From Gammaproteobacteria bacterium (GTDB lineage: Bacteria; Pseudomonadota; Gammaproteobacteria; Steroidobacterales; Steroidobacteraceae): 64,000 bases of DNA. Positions 20,552 to 29,416 of the stretch are shown in pieces. A program made the translations under genes and the position numbers. Position 1 is the first letter of the stretch; each line of letters opens with the position of its first letter. Under the pieces are notes generated by a model. It ran no database searches and was not told the origin of the DNA. It saw only the letters and a list, made by a program, of their open reading frames with translations. Where the stretch lies: the NCBI GenBank assembly GCA_947452065.1, contig CANGBB010000005.1:12820-76819 (forward strand). Reading direction: 5' to 3'.

Positions 20552-23377
20552 TCAGCGCGCAAACACGCTTTCCACCGGAGTGATCGTCACCGCCTCTGGG
20601 CGAATGCCGAGCTTCATCGCTCCGATCCGCTTGTCTTCAGCCAGCAGCGCGGCCGGCTTGGTGCCGTCGTACTTGAGCGCCGAGAAGCTGTCTTGCACCA
20701 ATCGCTGCTTCATGTCCTCGGCCTTGTCAGTGATGACAACGATTTGCAGATCGCGCGTCTGCAGATATTGCCGCAGCACGCGGTTCACATCGGCCAGCGT
20801 GAGTGTTCGCAGCCGCTCGCGCATGTACTGTGTGAACTCCGGCGTTCCGTACCACTGCGAGTCCAGCGCGTATCCCAGCTGCTGGTCCTGCGTGGCGGTG
20901 AGCAGGTACACATTCTTCATGAGGTAATTGCGTGTGTTCTCAAAGTCCGCGCGTGAAAGTCCGTTCTTGACCAGCGCATCGATCTCGCTGATTGCGATAC
21001 GCAACGCCATATGGGCGTCCTCGTTGGTGCGTAAAGGCCGCAGCCAGACTTCAAAGATCTGCGCGCGCCGCGCGATGTTGGGGTCCGGGAAAAATTGGTA
21101 CATGCCGCGCGGGAACGCTTCGATATAGGCGTAGTTGCCGTAGTTCATGCCGCGTACTTCGCGGATGCGCTGGAATAAACGCGCCTGTGATGAACGATGC
21201 TCGCCCAGCCAAGTTCGCACCAGTGACAGCGCAGCGAAGTCGGCACTTGCGCGAGTCACCGGTATCGGGAATCCAAAGGAGATGGCGGTGGCCCGTGTGT
21301 CTTTGGCTACGATATCCACGACGCGCCCAGACGGCCGACGACCCACGACAGATGTGACGGGGTTCGCTGTGCCGGCGGGCAACTGTGCCAGCGATCGGCG
21401 CAGGCGCGCCTCAAGATCGGCGGGTACATCACCCGATACGCCAAGTGTCAGATTCGCGCGTGTGTAATGACGACGAACGAAATCCTTTACATCCTCGAGA
21501 GTCAGGCTCTCTAGCCCCGCCACACTGCCAAGCGCTGGGTGCCCATACCCGGTGTCGGCGAAGATGTCCGTCTGCAGCCGTTCCTTACCCAACTCCTCGT
21601 CGTTGGCGGACTTCAGATCATCCTTCAGCGCAGTGAGCTGTGCGTCTTTCAGTCGCTTGAAGTCCTCTTCGCGGAATCCCGGCTCCAACAGCTGCGGCAA
21701 TACGATGTCGAGGAAGCGCTCAGCGTTGTCCTTATGGATGATGCCGGTGAAGGTGGTCATCTCCTTGTCCGTCTGCGCCCCGAAGCTGCCGGCCATCGGG
21801 AACAACGACTTCTTGATCTCGTCATACCTGAGTGACTGTGAGCCTGCAGAGGCGATCATCGCCGCACTCAGCATCGCCAGGCCTTCCTTGCCCTTCGGAT
21901 CATGAGTCGAACCGACTGTGAACAGCAGCTTTAAATCGATGCGCGGCAATGGCGAGCGCAGCACCGTCGCCCGTAGTTCCGCGCCGCTCGCGGGCGCAGG
22001 CAACAGGCTGGCCAGCGCGGGTAGCTTGCCGATTTCCGTCGGCAGCCCGTCCTTGGCCAGTGTCGCAACGACGAGATTGTCATCGGTAAAGTACTTGCGC
22101 GCTGCGGCCTGAAGGTCCGCCGGTGTTATCTGCATGGCGGTGCGATAGAGCGTATTGACCGTGTCGAAGCTCCGGTTGAAGCGCACATAGCGGGCCAGTA
22201 CACCGGCAATCTGTTCGGTGTTGTCGAGTCGGCGCGCAAACTCATAACGCCCATTGGTCTTGGCATCCGCCAGCCGCTGTTCGTCTACAGCCCTTGTGGT
22301 CGCTGCCGCAAATGCCTTCATGATCTCGTTGCGTACGTAGACTGCATCCGCCGGCTTTTTAACGCGTGCCACGACGGTGGCCAGGGACGGGTCTGCGTGA
22401 CTCGGCAGATAGGGGAACAGCTGATCCACCTTCTGCTCGTCCTCGACTAACCGCTTGTACAGCTCAGAGGTGGGTCCGAAGGTCAGGTCCAGCAGCGTGT
22501 CGATGGCAACCCATTCTCGGCCAGTGTCGGAGAAAGCAGGGGCATGAAAAGCCACGCTCACCCACGGCAGACCCGGCTGCGTCCAGTTCACATGGGTATA
22601 GACCGGCCCCTTGGATGCGGGCTCCTGAGGAATCTCTGCGTTGAAGCTGCCGCGTTTCCATCTCGACCAGTATTTTCCCACCAGCGGCATCACCTGCTCG
22701 GCGCTGACATCGCCGGCAATGATGATGGTGGTGTGTTCGGGTCGATACCAGCGATCGAAAAAGGTCTTGGAATACTCGAATTGATTGGGCATGTCCTCGA
22801 TGTCTTTGAGGAAGCCCATCGTGGTGTGTTTGTAGGTGTGAGTACTGAAGGCATGATCACGCTGCACTTCAAGCAGTTTGTTGAGCGGATCACTGCTGTT
22901 CTTGTTGTACTCCCCGAGCACCGCGCGTGATTCGGTCTTGAACTCCGTCTCGGAGTATTCCAAGTTCTGGAAGCGGTCGGCCTCGGCCGCCAGCACTTCC
23001 TCGAGATCTTCCTTGGCAAAGGTGGTGTGGTAATTAGTGTAGTCGTCCGTGGTGTAGGCGTTTGAGCGAGCGCCGGCGCGCGTCATCAGCGCCTGATACT
23101 TTTCTGGTGAATACGTCTTCGTGCCGCGGAACATCATGTGTTCGAAGAAGTGTGCGAAGCCCGACTTGCCGGGCTCGACTTCGTTGCGCGAGCCGGTCTG
23201 CACGGGAATCTGGATCGATACGATATTGGGGAAGCCTGTGGGCACGACGATGACGCGCAGACCGTTGGGCAGCGTTGTCTCGGTGTGGGCAAAGGGCAGG
23301 ATATCGGCCGTTTCGGCCGCAGTACCGTGGCCGCTGAGGAACAGCAGGGCAACGGCTACCGGCAAAAAGTGACGCAT
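20552..23377 (-). CDS. Exported tandem M16 (pitrilysin/PqqL-like) zinc peptidase
   Basis: Inverted zincin motif HFFEHMMFRG. The roughly 940-aa length fits two fused M16 units. Signal MRHFLPVAVALLFLSG with GGAGAG Shine-Dalgarno sequence. Confidence 0.88.
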   Translation of the reverse strand: MRHFLPVAVALLFLSGHGTAAETADILPFAHTETTLPNGLRVIVVPTGFPNIVSIQIPVQTGSRNEVEPGKSGFAHFFEHMMFRGTKTYSPEKYQALMTRAGARSNAYTTDDYTNYHTTFAKEDLEEVLAAEADRFQNLEYSETEFKTESRAVLGEYNKNSSDPLNKLLEVQRDHAFSTHTYKHTTMGFLKDIEDMPNQFEYSKTFFDRWYRPEHTTIIIAGDVSAEQVMPLVGKYWSRWKRGSFNAEIPQEPASKGPVYTHVNWTQPGLPWVSVAFHAPAFSDTGREWVAIDTLLDLTFGPTSELYKRLVEDEQKVDQLFPYLPSHADPSLATVVARVKKPADAVYVRNEIMKAFAAATTRAVDEQRLADAKTNGRYEFARRLDNTEQIAGVLARYVRFNRSFDTVNTLYRTAMQITPADLQAAARKYFTDDNLVVATLAKDGLPTEIGKLPALASLLPAPASGAELRATVLRSPLPRIDLKLLFTVGSTHDPKGKEGLAMLSAAMIASAGSQSLRYDEIKKSLFPMAGSFGAQTDKEMTTFTGIIHKDNAERFLDIVLPQLLEPGFREEDFKRLKDAQLTALKDDLKSANDEELGKERLQTDIFADTGYGHPALGSVAGLESLTLEDVKDFVRRHYTRANLTLGVSGDVPADLEARLRRSLAQLPAGTANPVTSVVGRRPSGRVVDIVAKDTRATAISFGFPIPVTRASADFAALSLVRTWLGEHRSSQARLFQRIREVRGMNYGNYAYIEAFPRGMYQFFPDPNIARRAQIFEVWLRPLRTNEDAHMALRIAISEIDALVKNGLSRADFENTRNYLMKNVYLLTATQDQQLGYALDSQWYGTPEFTQYMRERLRTLTLADVNRVLRQYLQTRDLQIVVITDKAEDMKQRLVQDSFSALKYDGTKPAALLAEDKRIGAMKLGIRPEAVTITPVESVFAR

Positions 23378-23473
23378 TATGGCTCTCCGGCGCAATTCAG
23401 TGTGGCCGGACGATAGCACGGACCGCCTTGGTGCAGACCGTCGTGCACGGTGCGGGGCGCACCGTACCGGACG

Positions 23474-24823
23474 TCAAGGCGTCGGCTCAGCCGTCTTCAG
23501 CAGCATGCTCATCAGCCGCAGGTACTTGTCGACATAGCCGACGTTCTCGCGATTGTAGGCGGGCAGACTGATGCTGGTGGTTTGTCCGTTGCGATCGGCC
23601 CAGAGGCACGGGCAGCGTGATTGCAGTTTATCGAAGGCGGCGAGTTCCGGGATCCGCAAATCCGCCAAGTCCGTTTTCAGAAGCCGCACTGCTTTCAGCA
23701 GCTTGGAAGCATTGCCGCCACCGCCGTTATAGGCCGCGACTCCAAAAATCGAAACCGGCGCCGGACTCTGTGAATACTCATCCTGCACATCATCCGGCAT
23801 GTTGGAGATATCCATGTCCAGCAGGCAGGCGGCGGCTTTCATCGCATTCAGAAGATCGCGTGCGCCAGAATCGAAGTCCCGCAAGAGATTCGCGCCCGTG
23901 CAGCGTCGTACCACCATGCTGTAGGTGCCGTTGCCACGCTTGTCCGTGAACTGCATCGGACCGGCGGCATTGGCGATGGACACGCTGTAGGTGAAAGCCT
24001 GATTTCGCATGAGACCGTAGTGACCCAGAGTCTTGTTGAGTGCCTGAGCGGGTGCGCTCTTGAACTCAGCATCATCGGTCTGTTCGATGACGGCCAGCGA
24101 GATCAGAGTTTCAGGCAGGACCGTATCCCCCAGCAGCTTGCCGGGATAGGCAAAAGACTTCACCTTGCTCGCGCGCAGCTCGCTCAGAGCGGCTTCCGCG
24201 GTGGAGCGCAGCAGCTGCTGACCCTGTGCGGCGAATAGCGGTGTTGAATCGTCCGTCATGGGCAGATAAGTGATCGTCTCGGCATTGGAGACGGCCGCGC
24301 GTATGCCCTGTTTCTTCACCACCGTTGTGTCGATGATCGGGTATTTACGTCCGTATACGCTCAGCTTCTCCCCGTTATGGAAGATATCGAACATCAGACG
24401 CTCAGCGCCGGTGCCGCGTACATGAACGGCTTCATAGCCCGGGGTTAGCACTCGGAAGCTCGGTGGCTTGCCTGGCTTAAGGCGAGGGACGGGAAACGGC
24501 ATCTCGATCTCGACTGTGTGCCATTTCGCACTGCGTTCGGACCATGCGGCAAAGATCACAGGTCGGCCGCGCAGGGACTCCCGCGTCAGGCGTTTCAGGA
24601 AGGTGTAGTGCAGAGGCACGTCGATGAGCATGCGCGAGGCTTCGGCAACACGCTGTGCGATTAATTGTTGGGTCTTGTTCAGGTAACCGACGATGGTGAT
24701 GGGATCCAGTTCGTCGTGATGCGTGCGCGGTGCGACAGAGGCCACGGAGTCGTCTGCCCACGCACTGGGCGCGTTGGCCAGCAACAGGCCTATCCAGGTA
24801 CAAGCCAGCACTTTTCTTAACAT
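23474..24823 (-). CDS. Secreted hypothetical protein with C-terminal lytic-transglycosylase (SLT)-like motifs
   Basis: Signal MLRKVLACTWIGLLLANAPSAWA. The C-terminal half has IEQT, AAGPMQFT and AAYNGGGGN, resembling the SLT E-S / GLMQ / AYNAG motifs. The N-terminal 250 aa are unassigned. Confidence 0.5.
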   Translation of the reverse strand: MLRKVLACTWIGLLLANAPSAWADDSVASVAPRTHHDELDPITIVGYLNKTQQLIAQRVAEASRMLIDVPLHYTFLKRLTRESLRGRPVIFAAWSERSAKWHTVEIEMPFPVPRLKPGKPPSFRVLTPGYEAVHVRGTGAERLMFDIFHNGEKLSVYGRKYPIIDTTVVKKQGIRAAVSNAETITYLPMTDDSTPLFAAQGQQLLRSTAEAALSELRASKVKSFAYPGKLLGDTVLPETLISLAVIEQTDDAEFKSAPAQALNKTLGHYGLMRNQAFTYSVSIANAAGPMQFTDKRGNGTYSMVVRRCTGANLLRDFDSGARDLLNAMKAAACLLDMDISNMPDDVQDEYSQSPAPVSIFGVAAYNGGGGNASKLLKAVRLLKTDLADLRIPELAAFDKLQSRCPCLWADRNGQTTSISLPAYNRENVGYVDKYLRLMSMLLKTAEPTP

Positions 24824-25008
24824 GACAGCCCGCACTCCAAACTCGATCCACGCCATTGGCGCGGATTCTATTACCTTTGGCCCGACGGTCCTACCTGTTC
24901 TGTTACCCACGACGCTTTACGAGCCGGCTGCACTCTCGTATTTTCAGCGGCTGTACGCGCTGCCGAGCAGCGCGGCCGCTGCGCCTCTGGAAGTCGGGAG
25001 AAATCTGA

Positions 25009-26190
25009 GTGAGCCGAATGTCAGTCATTCGCGGCCATGGCCGTCCGGAACCGGGCGTCACCGCGACCCCTCGTAGGCGAAGCGGTTTGCGCCGCTGGCT
25101 GCTGGCGCTGCTGTTGTGGCCGGTGCTGGCCGGTGCTCATTCGGCCCCTTACAGTTATCTGATCCTGCTGCTGGATGAGCAGTCCACCCACGGCTCGCTG
25201 GTCATTCACGTCTATGACGTGGCGCACGAGGTTGGCGTCACCGATCCGGCCATGCTGCTCAACCGCGAGGAGGCCCAGCGTCATGAGACGCAATTGCGCC
25301 AGCTGGTGGAATTGCGCATGCGCATTGGATTCGACGGCCAGGCGGTCCAACCGGTATGGCAACCCATCGAGGTGCTGCCGGACCGACAGTCTCTGCGGCT
25401 GCAATTCGACCTGACCCAGCTGCGCCCGGCCGCTGTCGATTTCGACATGCAGCTGTTCCCGTACGATCCCATGCACCAAACGTTCATCGAGGTGTACGAG
25501 GGCGGAAGCCTGCGACTGCAGGCCATTCTTGATGCGGCCCATGCTTCGGCGCGCTACTACAGCGGCAGCCTGCAGGGACGCTGGGCGGTGATCAAGACCT
25601 TCGTCCAATCTGGCGTGCACCACATTCTCATCGGGCCGGATCACATCCTGTTCCTGATAGGCCTGCTGCTGCTGGGCGGCACGATCTGGCGGCTGGCCAG
25701 CATCGTCACGGCGTTCACGCTCGGTCACAGCGTCACGCTGTCGCTGGCTGCTCTGGGACTGGTCCGTCTATCGCCGGCCGTAGTCGAGCCGGCGATTGCA
25801 CTGAGCATCGTGGTAGTGGGTGCTGACAATCTGTTGGTCCAGCTCAAGCGCGGCACGGGTGCGGCTGCCTCATTGGGTGCTGCGGACGCTGCACGCGATC
25901 TGCGACCCTGGTTCGCCGGTCTCTTCGGTCTGATCCATGGCTTTGGTTTTGCGTCGGTACTGATGGAGTTCGGCCTGCCGCGCGATGCACTGGGTTGGTC
26001 GCTGGCAGCGTTCAACATCGGCGTGGAGCTGGGTCAGCTCATCATCGTGCTGCCCACGGCCACGCTGCTGTGGTGGCTGTGGCGGCGCAGTCCATCCGCC
26101 GCTGCTCGCACCGTGCTGCTGGGTTCAGTGGCCGTTGTGCTGGCAGGCGCGTTCTGGTTCGTCCAGCGGGTATGGTTCACGCCGGCCTGA
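25009..26190 (+). CDS. HupE/UreJ-family membrane protein with N-terminal periplasmic domain
   Basis: GVHHILIGPDHILFLIGLLLLGG motif plus 5-6 TM helices. A soluble domain of about 170 aa follows the signal peptide. Start at 25009 (GTG) or 25018 (ATG). Confidence 0.7.
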   Translation: MSRMSVIRGHGRPEPGVTATPRRRSGLRRWLLALLLWPVLAGAHSAPYSYLILLLDEQSTHGSLVIHVYDVAHEVGVTDPAMLLNREEAQRHETQLRQLVELRMRIGFDGQAVQPVWQPIEVLPDRQSLRLQFDLTQLRPAAVDFDMQLFPYDPMHQTFIEVYEGGSLRLQAILDAAHASARYYSGSLQGRWAVIKTFVQSGVHHILIGPDHILFLIGLLLLGGTIWRLASIVTAFTLGHSVTLSLAALGLVRLSPAVVEPAIALSIVVVGADNLLVQLKRGTGAAASLGAADAARDLRPWFAGLFGLIHGFGFASVLMEFGLPRDALGWSLAAFNIGVELGQLIIVLPTATLLWWLWRRSPSAAARTVLLGSVAVVLAGAFWFVQRVWFTPA

Positions 26191-26984
26191 TGCAGACCGG
26201 CGCACCGTCTTTCGACCGCTATCTGGGTATCGACTACTCCGGAGCCTCAGCACCCACATCCGCTCTCAAGGGACTGCGCGCCTACCGCGCCGGCCGTAAT
26301 GACCCTCCTGAGGAAGTGCTGCCGGCATCGGGTGCTCGCCGCTACTGGACCCGTCGCGGTCTGGCAGAGTGGTTGCTCAGCTGTCTGCAGGAGCCGGTAC
26401 GCACGCTCGTCGGTATCGACCACGGCTTTTCATTTCCGCTGCAGTATTTCCGGAAGTACGAGCTGGCGCAGGACTGGTCGGTTTTTCTCGACGATTTTCA
26501 GTGTCACTGGCCCACGGACGGCGACGATGTCTGCGTTGAATTCATTCGCGACGGTTTGCTGGGGCGGGGTGCAGAACGCACGGGCAGCGCGCGCTGGCGA
26601 CGAGTGACCGAGGAGCGCGCCGGCGGCGCCAAGTCGGTGTTCCACTTCGATGTGCCAGGTTCGGTGGCCAAGTCCACCCATGCGGGCCTGCCGTGGCTGC
26701 GATTCCTGCGCCGTCAACTGGGAGAAAGTGTGCATTTCTGGCCATTTGACGGCTGGACTGTTCCGCCGGGACGCTCGGCAATTGCCGAGGTCTATCCGTC
26801 TCTCTGGAAACAGGCCTGGCCGGCCGAGGAGCGCACTGCCGATCAGCACGATGCGTACTGTGTCGCCGCGTGGCTGCGGCAAGCGGATGCCACAGGTCGT
26901 CTGGATGGATTCCTCAACCCGGAGCTGAAGGCACCGGAGCGCGCCACGGCGGGCGTCGAAGGCTGGATTCTGGGTGTGAGTTGA
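26190..26984 (+). CDS. Conserved hypothetical cytoplasmic protein (possible RNase-H-like/DUF429-like fold)
   Basis: The ATG overlaps the upstream stop (TGATG at 26188-26192). N-terminal LGIDYSGA motif and C-terminal DQHDAYC. The family call is weak. Confidence 0.55.
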   Translation: MQTGAPSFDRYLGIDYSGASAPTSALKGLRAYRAGRNDPPEEVLPASGARRYWTRRGLAEWLLSCLQEPVRTLVGIDHGFSFPLQYFRKYELAQDWSVFLDDFQCHWPTDGDDVCVEFIRDGLLGRGAERTGSARWRRVTEERAGGAKSVFHFDVPGSVAKSTHAGLPWLRFLRRQLGESVHFWPFDGWTVPPGRSAIAEVYPSLWKQAWPAEERTADQHDAYCVAAWLRQADATGRLDGFLNPELKAPERATAGVEGWILGVS

Positions 26985-27071
26985 AGGGGACTTCAACCGC
27001 CCGCTGATCGGGCTGAAAGGGCGGGGCTCAGGCGAGCCCCGCCACGGATCGTCTTCAGGTCAGCGCCCGGC

Positions 27072-29237
27072 TCAGGCCGAGGCGCCACCGCTGCGGCGCT
27101 TGGCCACTTCGGCGATGACTTCGTCTGCCACGTTCTTCGGCACCGGATCGTAGTGCGAATATTCCATGGTGAACGAAGCACGACCCGAGGTCATGCTGCG
27201 CAGCTGACCGATGTAGCCGAACATTTCCGACAGCGGCACATTGGCCACGACGGCGATGTTGGTGCCACGCTCGATCTGGTCGAGGATGGTGCCGCGCCGA
27301 CGGTTCATGTCGCCGATCACGTCGCCCAGGTAGTCGCCCGGGGTCACGGTCTCGACCTTCATCACCGGCTCGAGCAGCAGCGGGGCGGCCTTGCGGATCG
27401 CCTCACGGAAGCAGGCCTTGGCGGCGATTTCGAACGTCAGCGCGTTCGAGTCGACGTCGTGGTAGCTGCCGTCATGGAGTGTCGCGCGGAAGTCCACCGT
27501 CGGGAAGTGCGCCAGAACGCCGTCTTCCTTCTGCATCTTGAGGCCCTTCTCGACCGCCGGGATGAACTCCCTCGGCACCGAGCCGCCAACCGTTTCATCT
27601 ACGAACTCGAAGCCCTTACCGCGCTCCAGCGGCTCGAACTTGATCCACACCTCGGCGAACTGGCCTGAACCGCCGGTCTGCTTCTTGTGGGTGTAGTGCT
27701 CGTCGATGCTCTTGGTGAAGCTTTCGCGATAGGCCACCTGCGGCTGGCCCATGACACCCTCGACACCGAATTCCGTGCGGATACGGTCGAGCGTCACTTC
27801 CAGGTGCAGTTCGCCCATGCCGCGCAGGATGGTTTCGTTGGTCTCGCGATCGGTCTCGAGGTGCAGCGAGGGATCGGCACGCACCATCTTGCCCAGAGCC
27901 GCGCCGAACTTCTCCGATTCGGGCTTGTTCTTGGACTTCACCGAAACGCTGATCACGGGGTCCGGGAAGCGCATGCGCTCGAGCACGACCTGATTGTCGG
28001 TGTCGCACAGCGTGTCGCCGGTGTCGGTCTCGGCCAGCGAAACCAGCGCGATGATGTCGCCGGCGCGTGCCTCTTCGATCGCGTTCTGCTTGTCGGCGAA
28101 CATTTCCACCATGCGGCCGATCTTTTCGCGCTTGCCGCGCGTGGTGTTGGTCACCGACATGCCCTTGGTCAGCACGCCGGAGTACACACGCACGAAGGTC
28201 AGCGCGCCATAGGCGTCGTTGATGACCTTGAAGGCCAGCGCTGAGAACGGCTCGTCGTCGGAGCACTTGCGCTCACCGATCGGATTACCGTCCTGATCCA
28301 CAGTCTTGATGGCCTCGACGTCAGTCGGAGCCGGCAGATAGTCGATGACCGCATCCAGAACCTGTTGCACGCCCTTGTTCTTGTACGAGGAGCCGCACAG
28401 CACGGGATTGAAGGCACCGGAAATGGTGCCCTTGCGCAGGCAGCTGCGCAGCACTTCGACCGAAGGCGCCTCGCCGTCGGTGAGGTACTTTTCCATCGCC
28501 GCGTCGTCCATTTCGAGGCAGGTGTCGATCAGTTCCGAGCGATACCGGTTAACCTCTTCCAGAATCTTGCGATCGCTGGGCACGACGATGCCGAACTTGT
28601 CGGCCAGGCCTTCGCCGTCACCAACCGGGATGACTTCCCACTTGGCGTCCTTGTCGTCCGAGTCCCACAACAGGGCATTCATTTCGACCAGGTCGATCAT
28701 GCCCTTGAAGTTGTCTTCCGAGCCGATCGGCAGCTGCACCGGCAGCGGGCGCGCGCCGAGGCGCTTGGTGATCATGTCCACGCAGCGCAGGAAATTTGCG
28801 CCCGAGCGGTCCATCTTGTTGACGTAGCAGAGGCGCGGCACGTTGTAGTTGTTGGCCAGACGCCAGTTCGTCTCTGACTGCGGCTCCACTCCGGCCACGC
28901 CGTCGAACACCACCACTGCACCGTCGAGTACGCGCAGCGAACGGTTCACCTCGATGGTGAAGTCCACGTGCCCCGGGGTGTCGATGAGGTTGATCTTCTT
29001 CTTGCGCCAGAAGGTCGAGACAGCGGCGGACTGAATCGTGATGCCGCGCTTCTGTTCCTGCTCCAGATAGTCCGTCGTGGTCGACGACTTCAGGTCCTTG
29101 GTGTCGTGGATGTCGACGATCGTGTGCTTGCGTCCCGTGTAATAAAGGATGCGCTCGGTGGTCGTCGTCTTGCCGGCATCGACGTGAGCGATGATGCCGA
29201 TGTTGCGGATGTCGCTGAGAGGCGTAGTACGGGCCAT
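27072..29237 (-). CDS. Elongation factor G paralogue (divergent, outside the str operon)
   Basis: [27 protein letters not shown] and NKMD G-motifs, with full five-domain length. The effector region [27 protein letters not shown] differs from canonical EF-G (DGAATMDWMEQEQERGITI). Confidence 0.9.
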   Translation of the reverse strand: MARTTPLSDIRNIGIIAHVDAGKTTTTERILYYTGRKHTIVDIHDTKDLKSSTTTDYLEQEQKRGITIQSAAVSTFWRKKKINLIDTPGHVDFTIEVNRSLRVLDGAVVVFDGVAGVEPQSETNWRLANNYNVPRLCYVNKMDRSGANFLRCVDMITKRLGARPLPVQLPIGSEDNFKGMIDLVEMNALLWDSDDKDAKWEVIPVGDGEGLADKFGIVVPSDRKILEEVNRYRSELIDTCLEMDDAAMEKYLTDGEAPSVEVLRSCLRKGTISGAFNPVLCGSSYKNKGVQQVLDAVIDYLPAPTDVEAIKTVDQDGNPIGERKCSDDEPFSALAFKVINDAYGALTFVRVYSGVLTKGMSVTNTTRGKREKIGRMVEMFADKQNAIEEARAGDIIALVSLAETDTGDTLCDTDNQVVLERMRFPDPVISVSVKSKNKPESEKFGAALGKMVRADPSLHLETDRETNETILRGMGELHLEVTLDRIRTEFGVEGVMGQPQVAYRESFTKSIDEHYTHKKQTGGSGQFAEVWIKFEPLERGKGFEFVDETVGGSVPREFIPAVEKGLKMQKEDGVLAHFPTVDFRATLHDGSYHDVDSNALTFEIAAKACFREAIRKAAPLLLEPVMKVETVTPGDYLGDVIGDMNRRRGTILDQIERGTNIAVVANVPLSEMFGYIGQLRSMTSGRASFTMEYSHYDPVPKNVADEVIAEVAKRRSGGASA

Positions 29238-29273
29238 GGCAGGTTCCAGTCGTCCTCAAGGGGTATAAAACAG

Positions 29274-29298
29274 CGCCCCCGGGAGGGTCCCGGGGGCG
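29274..29298 (-). terminator. GC-rich hairpin plus U-tract 37 nt upstream of the EF-G paralogue start (terminator or attenuator)
   Basis: Perfect 11-bp stem CGCCCCCGGGA pairs with TCCCGGGGGCG with a 3-nt loop. On the minus strand it is followed by CTGTTTTATA. Confidence 0.55.
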
Positions 29299-29416
29299 AT
29301 CCAAACCCGGCAGGATACATGAAAAGCCGGCCGCAGCCGCGTCTTTTTTCGGTCAAAAAGTGCAGGGAAATCTTCCCGTTACAGCGCCCGCGGCCCCTCG
29401 CTGGGCCGCGGAACGG

